Part shown: piece after piece, positions 1 through 9,329 of the stretch | How positions within the stretch are numbered: position 1 is the first letter of the stretch | Layout: each line of letters opens with the position of its first letter | Assembly (NCBI GenBank): GCA_043720065.1 | Contig: JAYSTF010000074.1 | Coordinates: forward strand, 2,634 to 66,633 | Direction: 5' to 3' | Source: Pseudobdellovibrionaceae bacterium | GTDB lineage: Bacteria > Bdellovibrionota > Bdellovibrionia > Bdellovibrionales > UBA1609 | Length of the DNA: 64,000 nucleotides | Made by a program: the position numbers and the translations under genes | Notes under the pieces: generated by a model | Database searches by the model: none | What the model saw: the letters and a program-made list of their open reading frames with translations, nothing else | Told to the model about the DNA's origin: nothing

Positions 1-399
1 ATTCAACCGGGGATTCGAAAAGACTGCCGCGGTTTGCGGAATAAATTCAGCGCAGCCGCTCACCACGGACTCGTCAATTTCCACCATGACACACTCTTTG
101 ACCGAATCATGCCGCAAGACTTCTCGCGCGGTCCCACCATCGCCGCCCCCAATAATCAATACCCGACTGGGATTTGGATGAAGGAACAAGGGCACGTGGG
201 CCATCATCTCATGATAAATCATTTCATCGCGTTCGCTTAGCATTGCGCAATCGTCATTAAACAGCATTCGCCCGTGATGCGTCGATTCAACGATCTCGAC
301 TTTTTGAAACTTGCTCTGCTTTAAGAATAACCGCTTCTTTACGCCAAAGCGCAAAGTCACGCCCTCTTTAAATGTTTCATCGATGAAATCTTGGCTCAT
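1..399 (-). CDS. speE: Spermidine synthase (aminopropyltransferase), N-terminal part; the gene runs off the left edge of the window
   Basis: Not in the ORF track because it is cut by the window edge. My minus-strand translation from ATG 399..397 reads MSQDFIDETFKEGVTLRFGVKKRLFLKQSKFQKVEIVESTHHGRMLFNDDCAMLSERDEMIYHEMMAHVPLFLHPNPSRVLIIGGGDGGTAREVLRH..VMVEIDESVV. This is the spermidine synthase N-domain plus the GGGDGG dcAdoMet-binding loop. The start abuts the stop (401) of the upstream AdoMetDC ORF. Confidence 0.85.
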   Translation of the reverse strand, partial: MSQDFIDETFKEGVTLRFGVKKRLFLKQSKFQKVEIVESTHHGRMLFNDDCAMLSERDEMIYHEMMAHVPLFLHPNPSRVLIIGGGDGGTAREVLRHDSVKECVMVEIDESVVSGCAEFIPQTAAVFSNPRLN

Positions 400-400
400 C

Positions 401-1342
401 TTACACCTCTAAGTTCTGGGCGCGTTGGACAGAAGGGTTCGTCAAATAATGGGATGTGTAGGAAACCCTGAAGCCGCACTGAAGTTTTTCTTCGACTCGG
501 TTCACTCGCCAATAATCAGGCGCCTCGACTTGCACATTCTTATCGTCAGGCCGGAAAGTCATAACGTCAAAACACTGAGGTTGAAACCGGTTAACCACTT
601 GAGACAGATTTTCCGTGAGCCTTTCGCCGAAATCGACATTTGTTTCAAAGCTCACATAGGAGCCGCCGTCCTGGGGAGTGACGTGGATTGTGACGTAGCG
701 TTTGGCTTTAATACCGTTGATTGAGTAACCGCAAGGTTGGAACACGTGATCGTCCCAAGCAAATCCGGGAAACAAGGCCTCAAGCTGCAGGTAAGCACGA
801 ATGGTTTTTGGGTCCTGGTTGGTGCAGCCAAAGACCTCACTTGCGGCGCCACCAATATGATACATCAGCAATTCCGTCGTCACATCATTGCGCGCGGGCT
901 TAAAAGCTCTGTCGAGCTGATAAAGATGAATGTGATGTTCCCCTGCGTGACCAAAGCGATAAGCATATCCAGGCGCAATGGTTTGCAGAATCTCTAAGTC
1001 AGAAAAGAAATCGGTGCGCTGAAGCCTAGGGAAATATTCGTTTTTGCGTTCGAAAACCAAGGCATCCACGTCGTCTATGGAAACTTCTTTTAGAAATTCC
1101 TGAAGCGCACTTGTAAGAGTTGTGCGCCCACAAGTGATCATCGTGAATTTGTTGTCCCAGACGAAAAGGCTGGATTCAGAAAGTAAATAGGCATCACACT
1201 CCGCTCTTGTAAGCTTGGAAAGAATCCGAGCGCCTACGCTTCGGACAATCTTGTCCCAAAATCCGTCGCCTCGCTGGCGTAAATCCCCCACCACGGAGCT
1301 TACAACTAATTCTAACTTCTTTTCTGAGCCTTCAAATAACAA
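401..1342 (-). CDS. speD: S-adenosylmethionine decarboxylase proenzyme, eukaryotic-type (class 2)
   Basis: 313-aa ORF with a TTG start preceded by AAGGTG. Landmarks of class 2 AdoMetDC: FEGSEKKLE (cf. FEGTEKLLE), the autoprocessing site YLLSE/SSLFV (Glu56-Ser57, cf. human YVLSE/SSMFV), TCGRTTL, and TIHVTPQDGGSYVSFETN (cf. TIHITPEPEFSYVSFETN). Confidence 0.85.
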   Translation of the reverse strand: MLFEGSEKKLELVVSSVVGDLRQRGDGFWDKIVRSVGARILSKLTRAECDAYLLSESSLFVWDNKFTMITCGRTTLTSALQEFLKEVSIDDVDALVFERKNEYFPRLQRTDFFSDLEILQTIAPGYAYRFGHAGEHHIHLYQLDRAFKPARNDVTTELLMYHIGGAASEVFGCTNQDPKTIRAYLQLEALFPGFAWDDHVFQPCGYSINGIKAKRYVTIHVTPQDGGSYVSFETNVDFGERLTENLSQVVNRFQPQCFDVMTFRPDDKNVQVEAPDYWRVNRVEEKLQCGFRVSYTSHYLTNPSVQRAQNLEV

Positions 1343-1387
1343 TTTTCTTCACCTTTTGTTCCATAGCACTCGCGCCGCCAAAACCTG

Positions 1388-2527
1388 TCAACTTCGAATT
1401 CCTGGCAAAACTTTTAGCCACCATTGAAAGGCCAGCTCCGTGGCATGATTTGCCCCTCTCGCGGAACTAGCCTGAATTTTATAAGGCAGCTCGATTTCGG
1501 ATTTTTCAAATTTCCGGCCTATTTGAATATCACAGAGAAACGAATTCGCACTTTTACCCTCGCGTAGACTCATCAAAACATGATCGTTAGCTAGTGCGTG
1601 AGTTACGCCGCTAAGACCTCTTCCGGTTTCGATGGACAGATTTTTCGGCCACGGGATTTGCTTTTCCCGCAGAGTCAGTAGCCGAGATGCCAAGCGACCT
1701 TGGGAAAGTCCATCTCGCACGGTTACCGCGGGGAATGAATCCGTCGCTCGGAGCAGGTCTTGCAAAAGGTCCTCTTGTCCCCGCCCCACAACCCAAGGTC
1801 CAAGCGCTTTGTTCAAACGGCCAATCCATTGTTCACGATCCGTCATTTTAAACGGCACCCAGAGTTTTACTTTTACGTAAGGCACTGTTGCGCGATAGCC
1901 GATAGTTAATCCGCTACCCTTAATTGCTTGCTCCGCCACTTCAGCTGCCTCTGACTCTGGTACTCCCAGGCAAGTCCAGATGAGCAGCTCGGTCGCTTTC
2001 TTAGGTGAAAGTTCCTTTAAATAGGGGAGGACGTGCTCGCTCCACATGCCGTGAAGCTCGCGCGGCGGCCCAGGTAGTACTACAAGTCTTAGATTTTTAG
2101 CGTCGAGAGAAAATCCTAGCGCAGTGCCAACTGGATTTGGAATGGAACGAGAATCGTTTGGAAAATGGCATTGCTGCCTATGTGCTTCACGAATCGGTTG
2201 GCCGCGCTCCGCATACGTCGCAATCATCTTCTGCCATTCAGCTTCCGAAAAAACTAATTGTTGCCCGGCCCACTCAGCGATCACTTCGCGGGTGATGTCG
2301 TCGGTCGTTGGACCGAGTCCACCGCTTACAACTAAAAGGTCAGCCTGCAATTTAATCCAATCAATGGCGTCGAGGATAAGATCCTTATCATCAGGCACAA
2401 CGACCTGACTCGTGATTTCGAAGCCAAGCTCTTCAAGCCTTTCACCAAGCCAAGCCCCATTGGTGTTAACTATTTCACCTGAAGTGATTTCCGTTCCGAT
2501 ACAAAGAATAGCCGCTTGCTTGGACAT
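1388..2527 (-). CDS. cinA: CinA-family protein (MoCF-biosynthesis-like domain; competence/damage-inducible protein A family)
   Basis: 379-aa ORF. The N-terminus AILCIGTEITSGEIVNTNGAWLGERL ... LLVVSGGLGPTTDDITRE is the typical CinA/MoaB-like domain. Confidence 0.75.
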   Translation of the reverse strand: MSKQAAILCIGTEITSGEIVNTNGAWLGERLEELGFEITSQVVVPDDKDLILDAIDWIKLQADLLVVSGGLGPTTDDITREVIAEWAGQQLVFSEAEWQKMIATYAERGQPIREAHRQQCHFPNDSRSIPNPVGTALGFSLDAKNLRLVVLPGPPRELHGMWSEHVLPYLKELSPKKATELLIWTCLGVPESEAAEVAEQAIKGSGLTIGYRATVPYVKVKLWVPFKMTDREQWIGRLNKALGPWVVGRGQEDLLQDLLRATDSFPAVTVRDGLSQGRLASRLLTLREKQIPWPKNLSIETGRGLSGVTHALANDHVLMSLREGKSANSFLCDIQIGRKFEKSEIELPYKIQASSARGANHATELAFQWWLKVLPGIRS

Positions 2528-2635
2528 CGTGCTCCTCCAACGGGGCGGAGTATTGCAAACTTAAAGGCTAGAGGCCAAATGTTTTCCCGGCGAAGAGTCG
2601 CTTCTCCTTGGAAAGTATGGCAATGATAGTGATTC

Positions 2636-3979
2636 ATGGCTAAAAAAAAGGAACTCAAAGGTCTTAAAACCCAATTATTCGCCCGCGGTTTTTCATTGGC
2701 TCGCACAGGACTGAAGGCAGCCCAGATGGCGGCCGGCCAGGCCGTAAAGTCGGCATTAAGCGACCAGGCGGGAAAAGACGCGAGCTGGTCCAAGTACCTC
2801 GTTAAACAAGCTGAGCTTCTCTCTAGCGAGTTGGGACAACTTAAAGGTTCGGCCATGAAAGTGGGCCAGCTAATTTCCACCTACGGGGAACATTTCTTAC
2901 CTCCAGAAGCAAATGATTGGCTAAAGTCCTTGCAATCAAAATCTCCGAGCCTCGCCTGGCCCGCTATTGAAAAGGTTATTAAGCAAGAGTTGACCGCCGA
3001 AACCCTTGCCGAATTAGAAATCGACAAAGAACCTTACGCCTCGGCCTCCATCGGTCAAGTTCACCGCGCTAGACGAATTAGCGACGGGCGTGAACTAGCT
3101 CTAAAAATTCAATATCCTGGTGTTGAAGCTGCAATTGAAACGGATTTGAGATTTCTAAAAACCATTTTGTCGATGGGTTCTCTTTTACCAAAGGGTCCTC
3201 GTTTCGACGCGATCTTTAACGAAGTTCGCACCATGCTTTACCGGGAAGTCGATTACTTCATCGAGCTTGAGATCACGCGTAAGATGGCAAGCTTACTGAA
3301 AGACGATAAACGCTTTTTAATTCCTGAGACATTCCCCGAGTATTGCACGAAACGACTACTCGCGACTGAATTCATGCCCGGTACTCCGATCGATGATCCC
3401 GCGGTTAAGCAGCTTTCCCTTGAGAGACGAAATATTCTTGGCGGCTATTTCCTCGAACTCTATTTAAAAGAACTTTTTCAGTTCCGTATGGTGCAGACGG
3501 ACCCACACTTCGGCAACTATCGCCTGGATTTGGATGATAACAATGGGGACCGCCTGATTCTTTTTGATTTTGGCGCGACTCGTGATGTTCCCGATGCTTA
3601 TCTATATTCTTTCGCAAAAGTGATGGAAGGTGGCCTGCTTAAAAATCGAGAATTGATCATTGAAGGTGGAACGAAATTAAAAATTATTTTTGATGACGAT
3701 CCTGAAGAGCTTAAGTATTTGTACGTCGAACTCTGTTTTCTGATTACCGAACCATTTGCCGGCGGCGTCTACGACTGGGCGGCATCAGATCTGCCGCGGC
3801 GAGTGGCACAAAAAGGAGGCGAAGTGATCAAGCGCTTTCACATCCGAGCACCGCCTCAGGAGACTGTATTTTTGGACCGCAAGCTTGGCGGTACATTTAC
3901 AGTATTATCGGCCTTGGGGTGCAAAGCGGACTTTCGCGGCCTCGTCCTAGAAAAGCTCGAGAAATTCAAAAAAAACTAG
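2636..3979 (+). CDS. ABC1/UbiB (ADCK) family atypical protein kinase
   Basis: 447 aa. ABC1 motifs are present: ASASIGQVHRA, LALKIQYPGV, QTDPHFGNY, LILFDFGA. Confidence 0.8.
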   Translation: MAKKKELKGLKTQLFARGFSLARTGLKAAQMAAGQAVKSALSDQAGKDASWSKYLVKQAELLSSELGQLKGSAMKVGQLISTYGEHFLPPEANDWLKSLQSKSPSLAWPAIEKVIKQELTAETLAELEIDKEPYASASIGQVHRARRISDGRELALKIQYPGVEAAIETDLRFLKTILSMGSLLPKGPRFDAIFNEVRTMLYREVDYFIELEITRKMASLLKDDKRFLIPETFPEYCTKRLLATEFMPGTPIDDPAVKQLSLERRNILGGYFLELYLKELFQFRMVQTDPHFGNYRLDLDDNNGDRLILFDFGATRDVPDAYLYSFAKVMEGGLLKNRELIIEGGTKLKIIFDDDPEELKYLYVELCFLITEPFAGGVYDWAASDLPRRVAQKGGEVIKRFHIRAPPQETVFLDRKLGGTFTVLSALGCKADFRGLVLEKLEKFKKN

Positions 3980-4031
3980 TTTGTTTCAACAATCACTCGA
4001 CGTGTGCCGACATTCGTCTGGCCAGCCGTGC

Positions 4032-5216
4032 CTAGAGGAGCAACTGAGGATTTTTTACTAGATCGCGAGTGATGTTTTTCTGATGGGCTTCGATCGTGCC
4101 GCCGCCGATCTCTAGAAGCTTCGCGTCTCTCCAAAGGCGCTCAACCACGTATTCGCCCACATAACCATAACCGCCAAGAACTTGCATTGCCCGATCGGCA
4201 ACGTTTTTTCCCATGGTCGCGGCAACGAGCTTTACTCCGTCGGAATCAATTCTTTGTCCTGCACTGTCTAACTTCATTAAGCGAGCGGTATTGTAAACAT
4301 AAGTGCGTGAGGCCATATACTCGGCATAGCTTTCGGCCAAGTACCTTTGAATTTGACCAAACTGCGCTAGCGGCTGGCCAAAGGCTTCGCGCTCACTCGC
4401 ATATTTTGCCATGATGTAAATGGATCGCCGCGCAATTCCTAAACTCATTGCAGCCAAAGTCAGGCGTTCAAGTTCTAGATTACGCATCATGTGAATTGCT
4501 GAATCACCTTCGTGGCCAATCAAATTGCCAAGAGGAACTTCACAAGCCTCGAAAACCAGTTCCGCCGTATTGGAGGCGCGCATTCCCGTTTTGTCTTTGA
4601 TCTTTTGGCCAACGCTATAGCCCTTCATTCCCTTTTCAACTGCGAAAGTTGAAATTTGGGGCCGGCCCTTAGCTTCCCCCGTTTTTGCGTAGACCCAAAC
4701 GAAGTCGGCCGGTGTGCGGTTGTCATCAACAGCGCCGTTTGTGATCCACATTTTACGGCCATCGAGTATAAACTTATCGCCTTTTTTGACCGCCGTTGTC
4801 TTCATCCCCATGACGTCCGTGCCGACGTGAGGTTCCGAGATCGCCATCGCGCCAACCCATTCGCCTGTGCAAAGTTTTGGAAGCCATTTTTTCTTCTGTT
4901 CTTCACTTCCGTTACGCGCAAGATTGTTTACGCAAAGCATTGAGTGCGCGAGATAAGCCAACGCAAAGCCGGGATCTACGGCAGAGAGTTCTTCGTGAAC
5001 AATCACTGCAGCTACCGCTTCTTGTCCGGCTCCGCCGTATTCTTCGGGCACAGTCAGGCCAAGTAGCCCAAGCTCGCCACATTTTTTGAAAAGTCTTAAG
5101 TTAAAGATCTCTTTACGATCATGCTCTAGCGCCTGGGGCTCGAGTTCAGCTTCCGCGAACTGGCGAACCATTTGACGAAGCATGGCGTGCTCTTCAGTCG
5201 GGTTGAATAAATCCAT
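4032..5216 (-). CDS. Acyl-CoA dehydrogenase (isovaleryl-CoA dehydrogenase-like)
   Basis: The ORF track opens at TTG 5252. ATG 5216 (MDLFNPTEEHAMLRQMVRQFAE) with AGGA about 8 nt upstream is the more likely start. Typical ACAD blocks: AISEPHVGTDVMGMKTTA, MWITNG, LGGYGYVGEYVVERLWRDAKLLEIGGGT. Confidence 0.85.
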   Translation of the reverse strand: MDLFNPTEEHAMLRQMVRQFAEAELEPQALEHDRKEIFNLRLFKKCGELGLLGLTVPEEYGGAGQEAVAAVIVHEELSAVDPGFALAYLAHSMLCVNNLARNGSEEQKKKWLPKLCTGEWVGAMAISEPHVGTDVMGMKTTAVKKGDKFILDGRKMWITNGAVDDNRTPADFVWVYAKTGEAKGRPQISTFAVEKGMKGYSVGQKIKDKTGMRASNTAELVFEACEVPLGNLIGHEGDSAIHMMRNLELERLTLAAMSLGIARRSIYIMAKYASEREAFGQPLAQFGQIQRYLAESYAEYMASRTYVYNTARLMKLDSAGQRIDSDGVKLVAATMGKNVADRAMQVLGGYGYVGEYVVERLWRDAKLLEIGGGTIEAHQKNITRDLVKNPQLLL

Positions 5217-5248
5217 GCCCGCAATCCTAGATTTGATAGGGAAATCGG

Positions 5249-6933
5249 TCAACCGCAGCTTTCAGAATGACCACAATTCAAACATTTAAAACAGTTGCCA
5301 GAGCGCACTGTCGCAAATCCGCAGGCACTGCACGGAGGTGCATCGCCCGGGGCAGCGTAATTAAGGGGCTGCGTCTCCTTCGCACCATCGCGATAAACGG
5401 ATACCGCTTTAAGTCCAAGGCGCCACGCGGAGAGAACGCTACCCCAGTCATCAAAGCTGCGATTGCCGCTGCAAAGGCGCGACCTTCTTCGCTGTCATAA
5501 GGAATTCCAAGGCGCATGAGAAGGCCTCCAAGATTTGCGAAGCCAAGGCCCAGCGGCCGAAACTTATACGAGTTTTCGGCAACCTCTGGAGTTGGATATG
5601 CGGAAGATTCAACTAAAATTTCCTGGGCAACAAAAACCAAACGCACAGCTTTCTGAAAAGCCTCGACATCCCAGTGACCATCTTCCTTTAAAAATTTGAC
5701 CAAGTTAAGCGAGGCCAAATTACAGGCAGAGTCGTTTAAAAACATGTACTCCGAACATGGATTACTTGCTTCGATTGCGCCGGACTCTGGACATGTGTGC
5801 CAGCGATTGATGTTGTCGTGATATTGCACTCCGGGGTCGGCGCATTCCCATGCGGCAACCGCGATTTCCCGCCAAATTTCTCTAGCACTATATTTCTTTT
5901 CTTTCCCGCCGGTGGTTCTTTTGGTGGTCCACCACTCTTGGTCGGCCGCAACAGCTTTTAAAAACCGATCCGTCACTCTTACTGAATTATTAGAGTTTTG
6001 ACCTGATACGGTTCGATAAGCCTCGCCGTCCATGCCGCCAGAGTAGCCGGCTTTCACGAGCGCTTTTGCTTTTTTCTCCTCGTGGGACTTCCACCGAATG
6101 AACTCTAAAATTTCCGGATGATCGACATCGAGAGTTACCATTTTGGCTGCGCGCCGTGTAGTGCCGCCGGATTTCGTGGCTCCGGCCCCGCGGTCAAGAA
6201 CCTCCAGGAAGGCGAGCAAACCGGAACTTTCGCCGCCACTTTCAAGCGGCTCGTTTTTTCCTCTTAACTTTGAAAAGTTAGTACCTGACCCAGAACCAAA
6301 TTTGAAAATTAGCGCTTCCGTCTGCGCTAGGTTAAAAATGCTGCTCAAATCATCTTTGATCGAAAGAATAAAACACGCGGAAGACTGTGGATTTTCGTAT
6401 GCAGTCACTGACCGTACAGCGCGCTTTTTCTTATGCGAAAACCGCCACAGCCGTGTGTTCCCTTTTATCTTATATTTATGAAACAAACCGCAGTTGAACC
6501 ACACCGGCGAATTAAAAGCCGCCATCTGTTGGACACATAAAAACCCTAGCTCTCGAGCAAAAGTCGCCGCTGCCTCACGACTTGAAAAGTAGCCGTTTTT
6601 TAAGCCCTCACTGGCGATTGTGCCAACGACTCTGGCAATGAGATTTTTAACGCTTGTTTCCCCACCCGACGGCTCCAGTTTTTTAGGCACACCCCGTTTA
6701 CGAAAATACTTACTAGCCGCGATATTGACGGCGAGGTCGCTCCAGCCTTCAGGCGCCTCTACCCCCGCTTGGTCAAAGACGGCATTGCCATGGATATCAA
6801 GGATTTTACTCCTCCGCCGAGTCCATTTTACGGACGCAAAAAGATCAGCGTTGGCCTGAAGAAAGAAGGCATTGAATTTGAGTGCATAAGTCGACTTCGG
6901 CATGGCGTAAATGCTACCACCTCTGAAGGCCAC
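5249..6933 (-). pseudogene. nrdJ: Class II (adenosylcobalamin-dependent) ribonucleotide reductase NrdJ, internally deleted and frameshifted
   Basis: The ORF 5278..6933 has an authentic NrdJ N-terminus and core: EAPEGWSDLAVNIAASKYF, the active-site block ASNPCSEYMFLNDSACNLASLNL, and LGIPYDSEEGRAFAAAIAALMTG. After about nt 5440 this frame turns to junk and stops at 5278. The next frame reads a typical NrdJ C-terminus, WGSVLSAWRLGLKAVSVYRDGAKETQPLNYAAPGDAPPCSACGFATVRSGNCFKCLNCGHSESCG*. Its TGA (5251..5249) overlaps the TTG at 5252. Confidence 0.7.
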
Positions 6934-6963
6934 CTGCTACTCTTCGAAGCTTCGGAGTTACAG

Positions 6964-8118
6964 ATGAAGATCTCTGCGATTTATCTCGATAATCATGCCA
7001 CGACCCAGGTCGATCCGCGAGTTAGAACCGCGATGCTTCCTTTTATGGAAGACGCTTTCGGCAATCCCGCAAGTCGCACGCACGCGTTTGGCTGGCAGGC
7101 TGAAATGGCGGTTGATACCGCGCGGGCACAAGTGGCTGCGCTCATCGGCGCGACGGCTGATCAAATTATTTTCACCTCTGGAGCGACCGAATCTAACAAT
7201 CTCGCGATTTTCGGTGTGTTAAACGCACTTGGAAACCCCGCTCACATGATTACATCGGCAATCGAGCACAAAGCGGTCCTTGAGGTGGCGGAAGAAGCTG
7301 AGAAGCATGGCGTAAAAGTCACTGTTTTGCCGGTGAATAAGTACGGGCAGGTCACAGTTGAATCGGTTGCCGCCGCCATTGAGCCAAACACAAAATTAAT
7401 TTCCATCATGGCCGCGAACAATGAGATTGGAACCTTAAATCCCATAGGTGAAATCGGCCCACTTGCTCGTTCAAAAAATATTTGGTTTCACACCGACGGG
7501 GCTCAGGCCGCGGGTCGAATGCCAATTAATGTAGAGTCGATGGCGATTGATTTACTTTCTCTCTCAGGCCACAAAATTTATGGACCTAAAGGCGTGGGCG
7601 CTCTTTTCCTAAGGCGTGGAAAAGTGCCAATTAAGCCGCTGTTTTTTGGTGGCTCGCAAGAATGGGGAATTCGGCCTGGCACCTTAAATGTTCCAGGGAT
7701 TGTAGGACTGGGCGTAGCTTGTGAGATCGCAAGACTTGAGGGCGAAGCTGAATGTTTGAAGATTAAAGTTTTGCGTGATCGCCTTGTGAGCACTTTGTTA
7801 AAGGAAGTGGCGGGCTGTCAGCTGAACGGTCATCCGGATCAACGTTTGGCGGGGAATATTAGCCTTTCATTTACTGGCTTAAAAAGTGACTTGTTCAGCC
7901 TTGGGCTTGGCGGCCTGGCTTGTAGCTCTGGCTCAGCTTGTACGTCGGCGTCGGGGCACCCAAGTCATGTTTTAAAGGCATTGGGCTTGAGCCCAGAGGC
8001 TGCTCGGGGCACCTTAAGATTGGGCCTTGGCCGCTTCACGACGGCCACCGAAGTTGACGCCGCCCTCACCAAAATCCTTGAAAGCCTTAAGAAAAACCAA
8101 GACCTTTCGCCAACCTAG
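6964..8118 (+). CDS. iscS: Cysteine desulfurase (IscS/NifS family, class V aminotransferase)
   Basis: The conserved N-terminus MKISAIYLDNHATTQVDPRV begins at ATG 6964. The track ORF starts at TTG 6769, inside nrdJ. PLP-lysine motif SGHKIYGPKGVGAL; active-site Cys loop SSGSACTS. Confidence 0.9.
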   Translation: MKISAIYLDNHATTQVDPRVRTAMLPFMEDAFGNPASRTHAFGWQAEMAVDTARAQVAALIGATADQIIFTSGATESNNLAIFGVLNALGNPAHMITSAIEHKAVLEVAEEAEKHGVKVTVLPVNKYGQVTVESVAAAIEPNTKLISIMAANNEIGTLNPIGEIGPLARSKNIWFHTDGAQAAGRMPINVESMAIDLLSLSGHKIYGPKGVGALFLRRGKVPIKPLFFGGSQEWGIRPGTLNVPGIVGLGVACEIARLEGEAECLKIKVLRDRLVSTLLKEVAGCQLNGHPDQRLAGNISLSFTGLKSDLFSLGLGGLACSSGSACTSASGHPSHVLKALGLSPEAARGTLRLGLGRFTTATEVDAALTKILESLKKNQDLSPT

Positions 8119-8136
8119 CGTTCTATGTTATAGTGT

Positions 8137-8469
8137 ATGTCTATGATTAATCTTTCTGAAACAGCCGCTCAAAGAATCATCCAACTCCGCGCCGAAGAAA
8201 AGGCCACTGCGGATGCCGCTTTACGTGTTTACGTTAAACGTGGTGGCTGCTCTGGCTTTTCCTATAAAATGCAGTTTGATCGCGAAGTAAAAGAGACCGA
8301 CCAGATTTTCGAAGCCCATGGCCAAAAGGTCGTCGTCGACGGCCAAAGCCTACTTTATCTTTTAGGCATGACATTGGATTACGAGGGCGGCCTAAATGGT
8401 AAGGGTTTTGTTTTCACAAATCCCAATGCGACCAAAACCTGCGGCTGCGGCACTTCGTTCGGGGTTTAA
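8137..8469 (+). CDS. iscA: A-type iron-sulfur cluster carrier (IscA/ErpA/HesB family)
   Basis: 110 aa. RGGCSGFSY and C-terminal CGCGTSFGV supply the three conserved Cys. It lies 19 nt downstream of iscS. Confidence 0.9.
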   Translation: MSMINLSETAAQRIIQLRAEEKATADAALRVYVKRGGCSGFSYKMQFDREVKETDQIFEAHGQKVVVDGQSLLYLLGMTLDYEGGLNGKGFVFTNPNATKTCGCGTSFGV

Positions 8470-8609
8470 TCAAGCTACAATGAAATACCTCGCCCTATTC
8501 CTTCTTTGTTTACAGGTTAATATCTCGGGGGCTACCGAGCCGTGCGATAGTCTACATAAATGGGTTCGACGAATTTAAACTTCAGAAGCGCCTAGCCAGC
8601 TTTTTAACA

Positions 8610-9329
8610 ATGTATAAGTCGCCCAAACCAATTTTAACTCAGCTATTAGAAAGCATTCCGAAAATTCCTAACGAGAACCACACAAGTGGTTTCCGCTATT
8701 TGAGTGCCGGGGACCATAAAATTCCCGATTACTTCAAAGTGAAGTTCCAGTATCAGTATGTTTACCGGCGAGGGACCTTACCTTTGCTCGACTTCATCAA
8801 AAACCGAGAAACCGGACGAGTTTTTATTGGAGTCAGCTTTTCTGATATTACAGCTTATGACGGTCAGCATGGCGACGCAACGGTCTTCGCTCGACACGAC
8901 CGACGTCACGCCTATGTCCAAAAGTATTTTGATCAGCTTTTATTCGACGAGTTTGGCGCTAAAACCCATGCGGCTCGCGTGAAATTAAAGGCAGTGACGA
9001 ATTTACTCCTCCAGGCGAGAATTTACCAGTACCAAGTGCATCCGCTTATTAAGCTTCGAAGCGCAATTGAAGTCGTCTACTTTGACGTTCTTCACGATCA
9101 GTCTCAGACATACCCCGTCGGCCTCGCAGCCGCGCTCAATACGAAACAAAAATTCACCAGATTTCTCAAGTCCATTAGCCAGGCCGCAAAGGCCGGCGCC
9201 TTCGGCAGCGAACACATGCAAATGTCAGAAATGGAATTACGCGCAGCCATGAATTGGGTCAAAGACAGAGCTGATATTGATGAAGCGACGCTTAGAAGTG
9301 CTTACGCTAAATCGCGTGGCGAAGAGTAG
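8610..9329 (+). CDS. Hypothetical protein
   Basis: 239-aa ORF with no motif I recognise. It is called only on length and non-overlap. Its 3' end overlaps the convergent hydrolase gene by 23 nt. Confidence 0.45.
   Translation: MYKSPKPILTQLLESIPKIPNENHTSGFRYLSAGDHKIPDYFKVKFQYQYVYRRGTLPLLDFIKNRETGRVFIGVSFSDITAYDGQHGDATVFARHDRRHAYVQKYFDQLLFDEFGAKTHAARVKLKAVTNLLLQARIYQYQVHPLIKLRSAIEVVYFDVLHDQSQTYPVGLAAALNTKQKFTRFLKSISQAAKAGAFGSEHMQMSEMELRAAMNWVKDRADIDEATLRSAYAKSRGEE

Noticed and set aside
6769-6963. N-terminal 65-aa extension of the cysteine desulfurase ORF (TTG start at 6769).
   Set aside because: It overlaps the nrdJ 5' end on the opposite strand. The conserved IscS/NifS N-terminus begins at ATG 6964.
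8480-8578. 32-aa ORF with a signal-peptide-like start (MKYLALFLLCLQ...), just upstream of the 239-aa hypothetical gene. This suggested a frameshifted secreted protein.
   Set aside because: It is in a different frame from 8610..9329. The 8610 frame is closed by a TGA at 8481, and I found no homology evidence to join the two.
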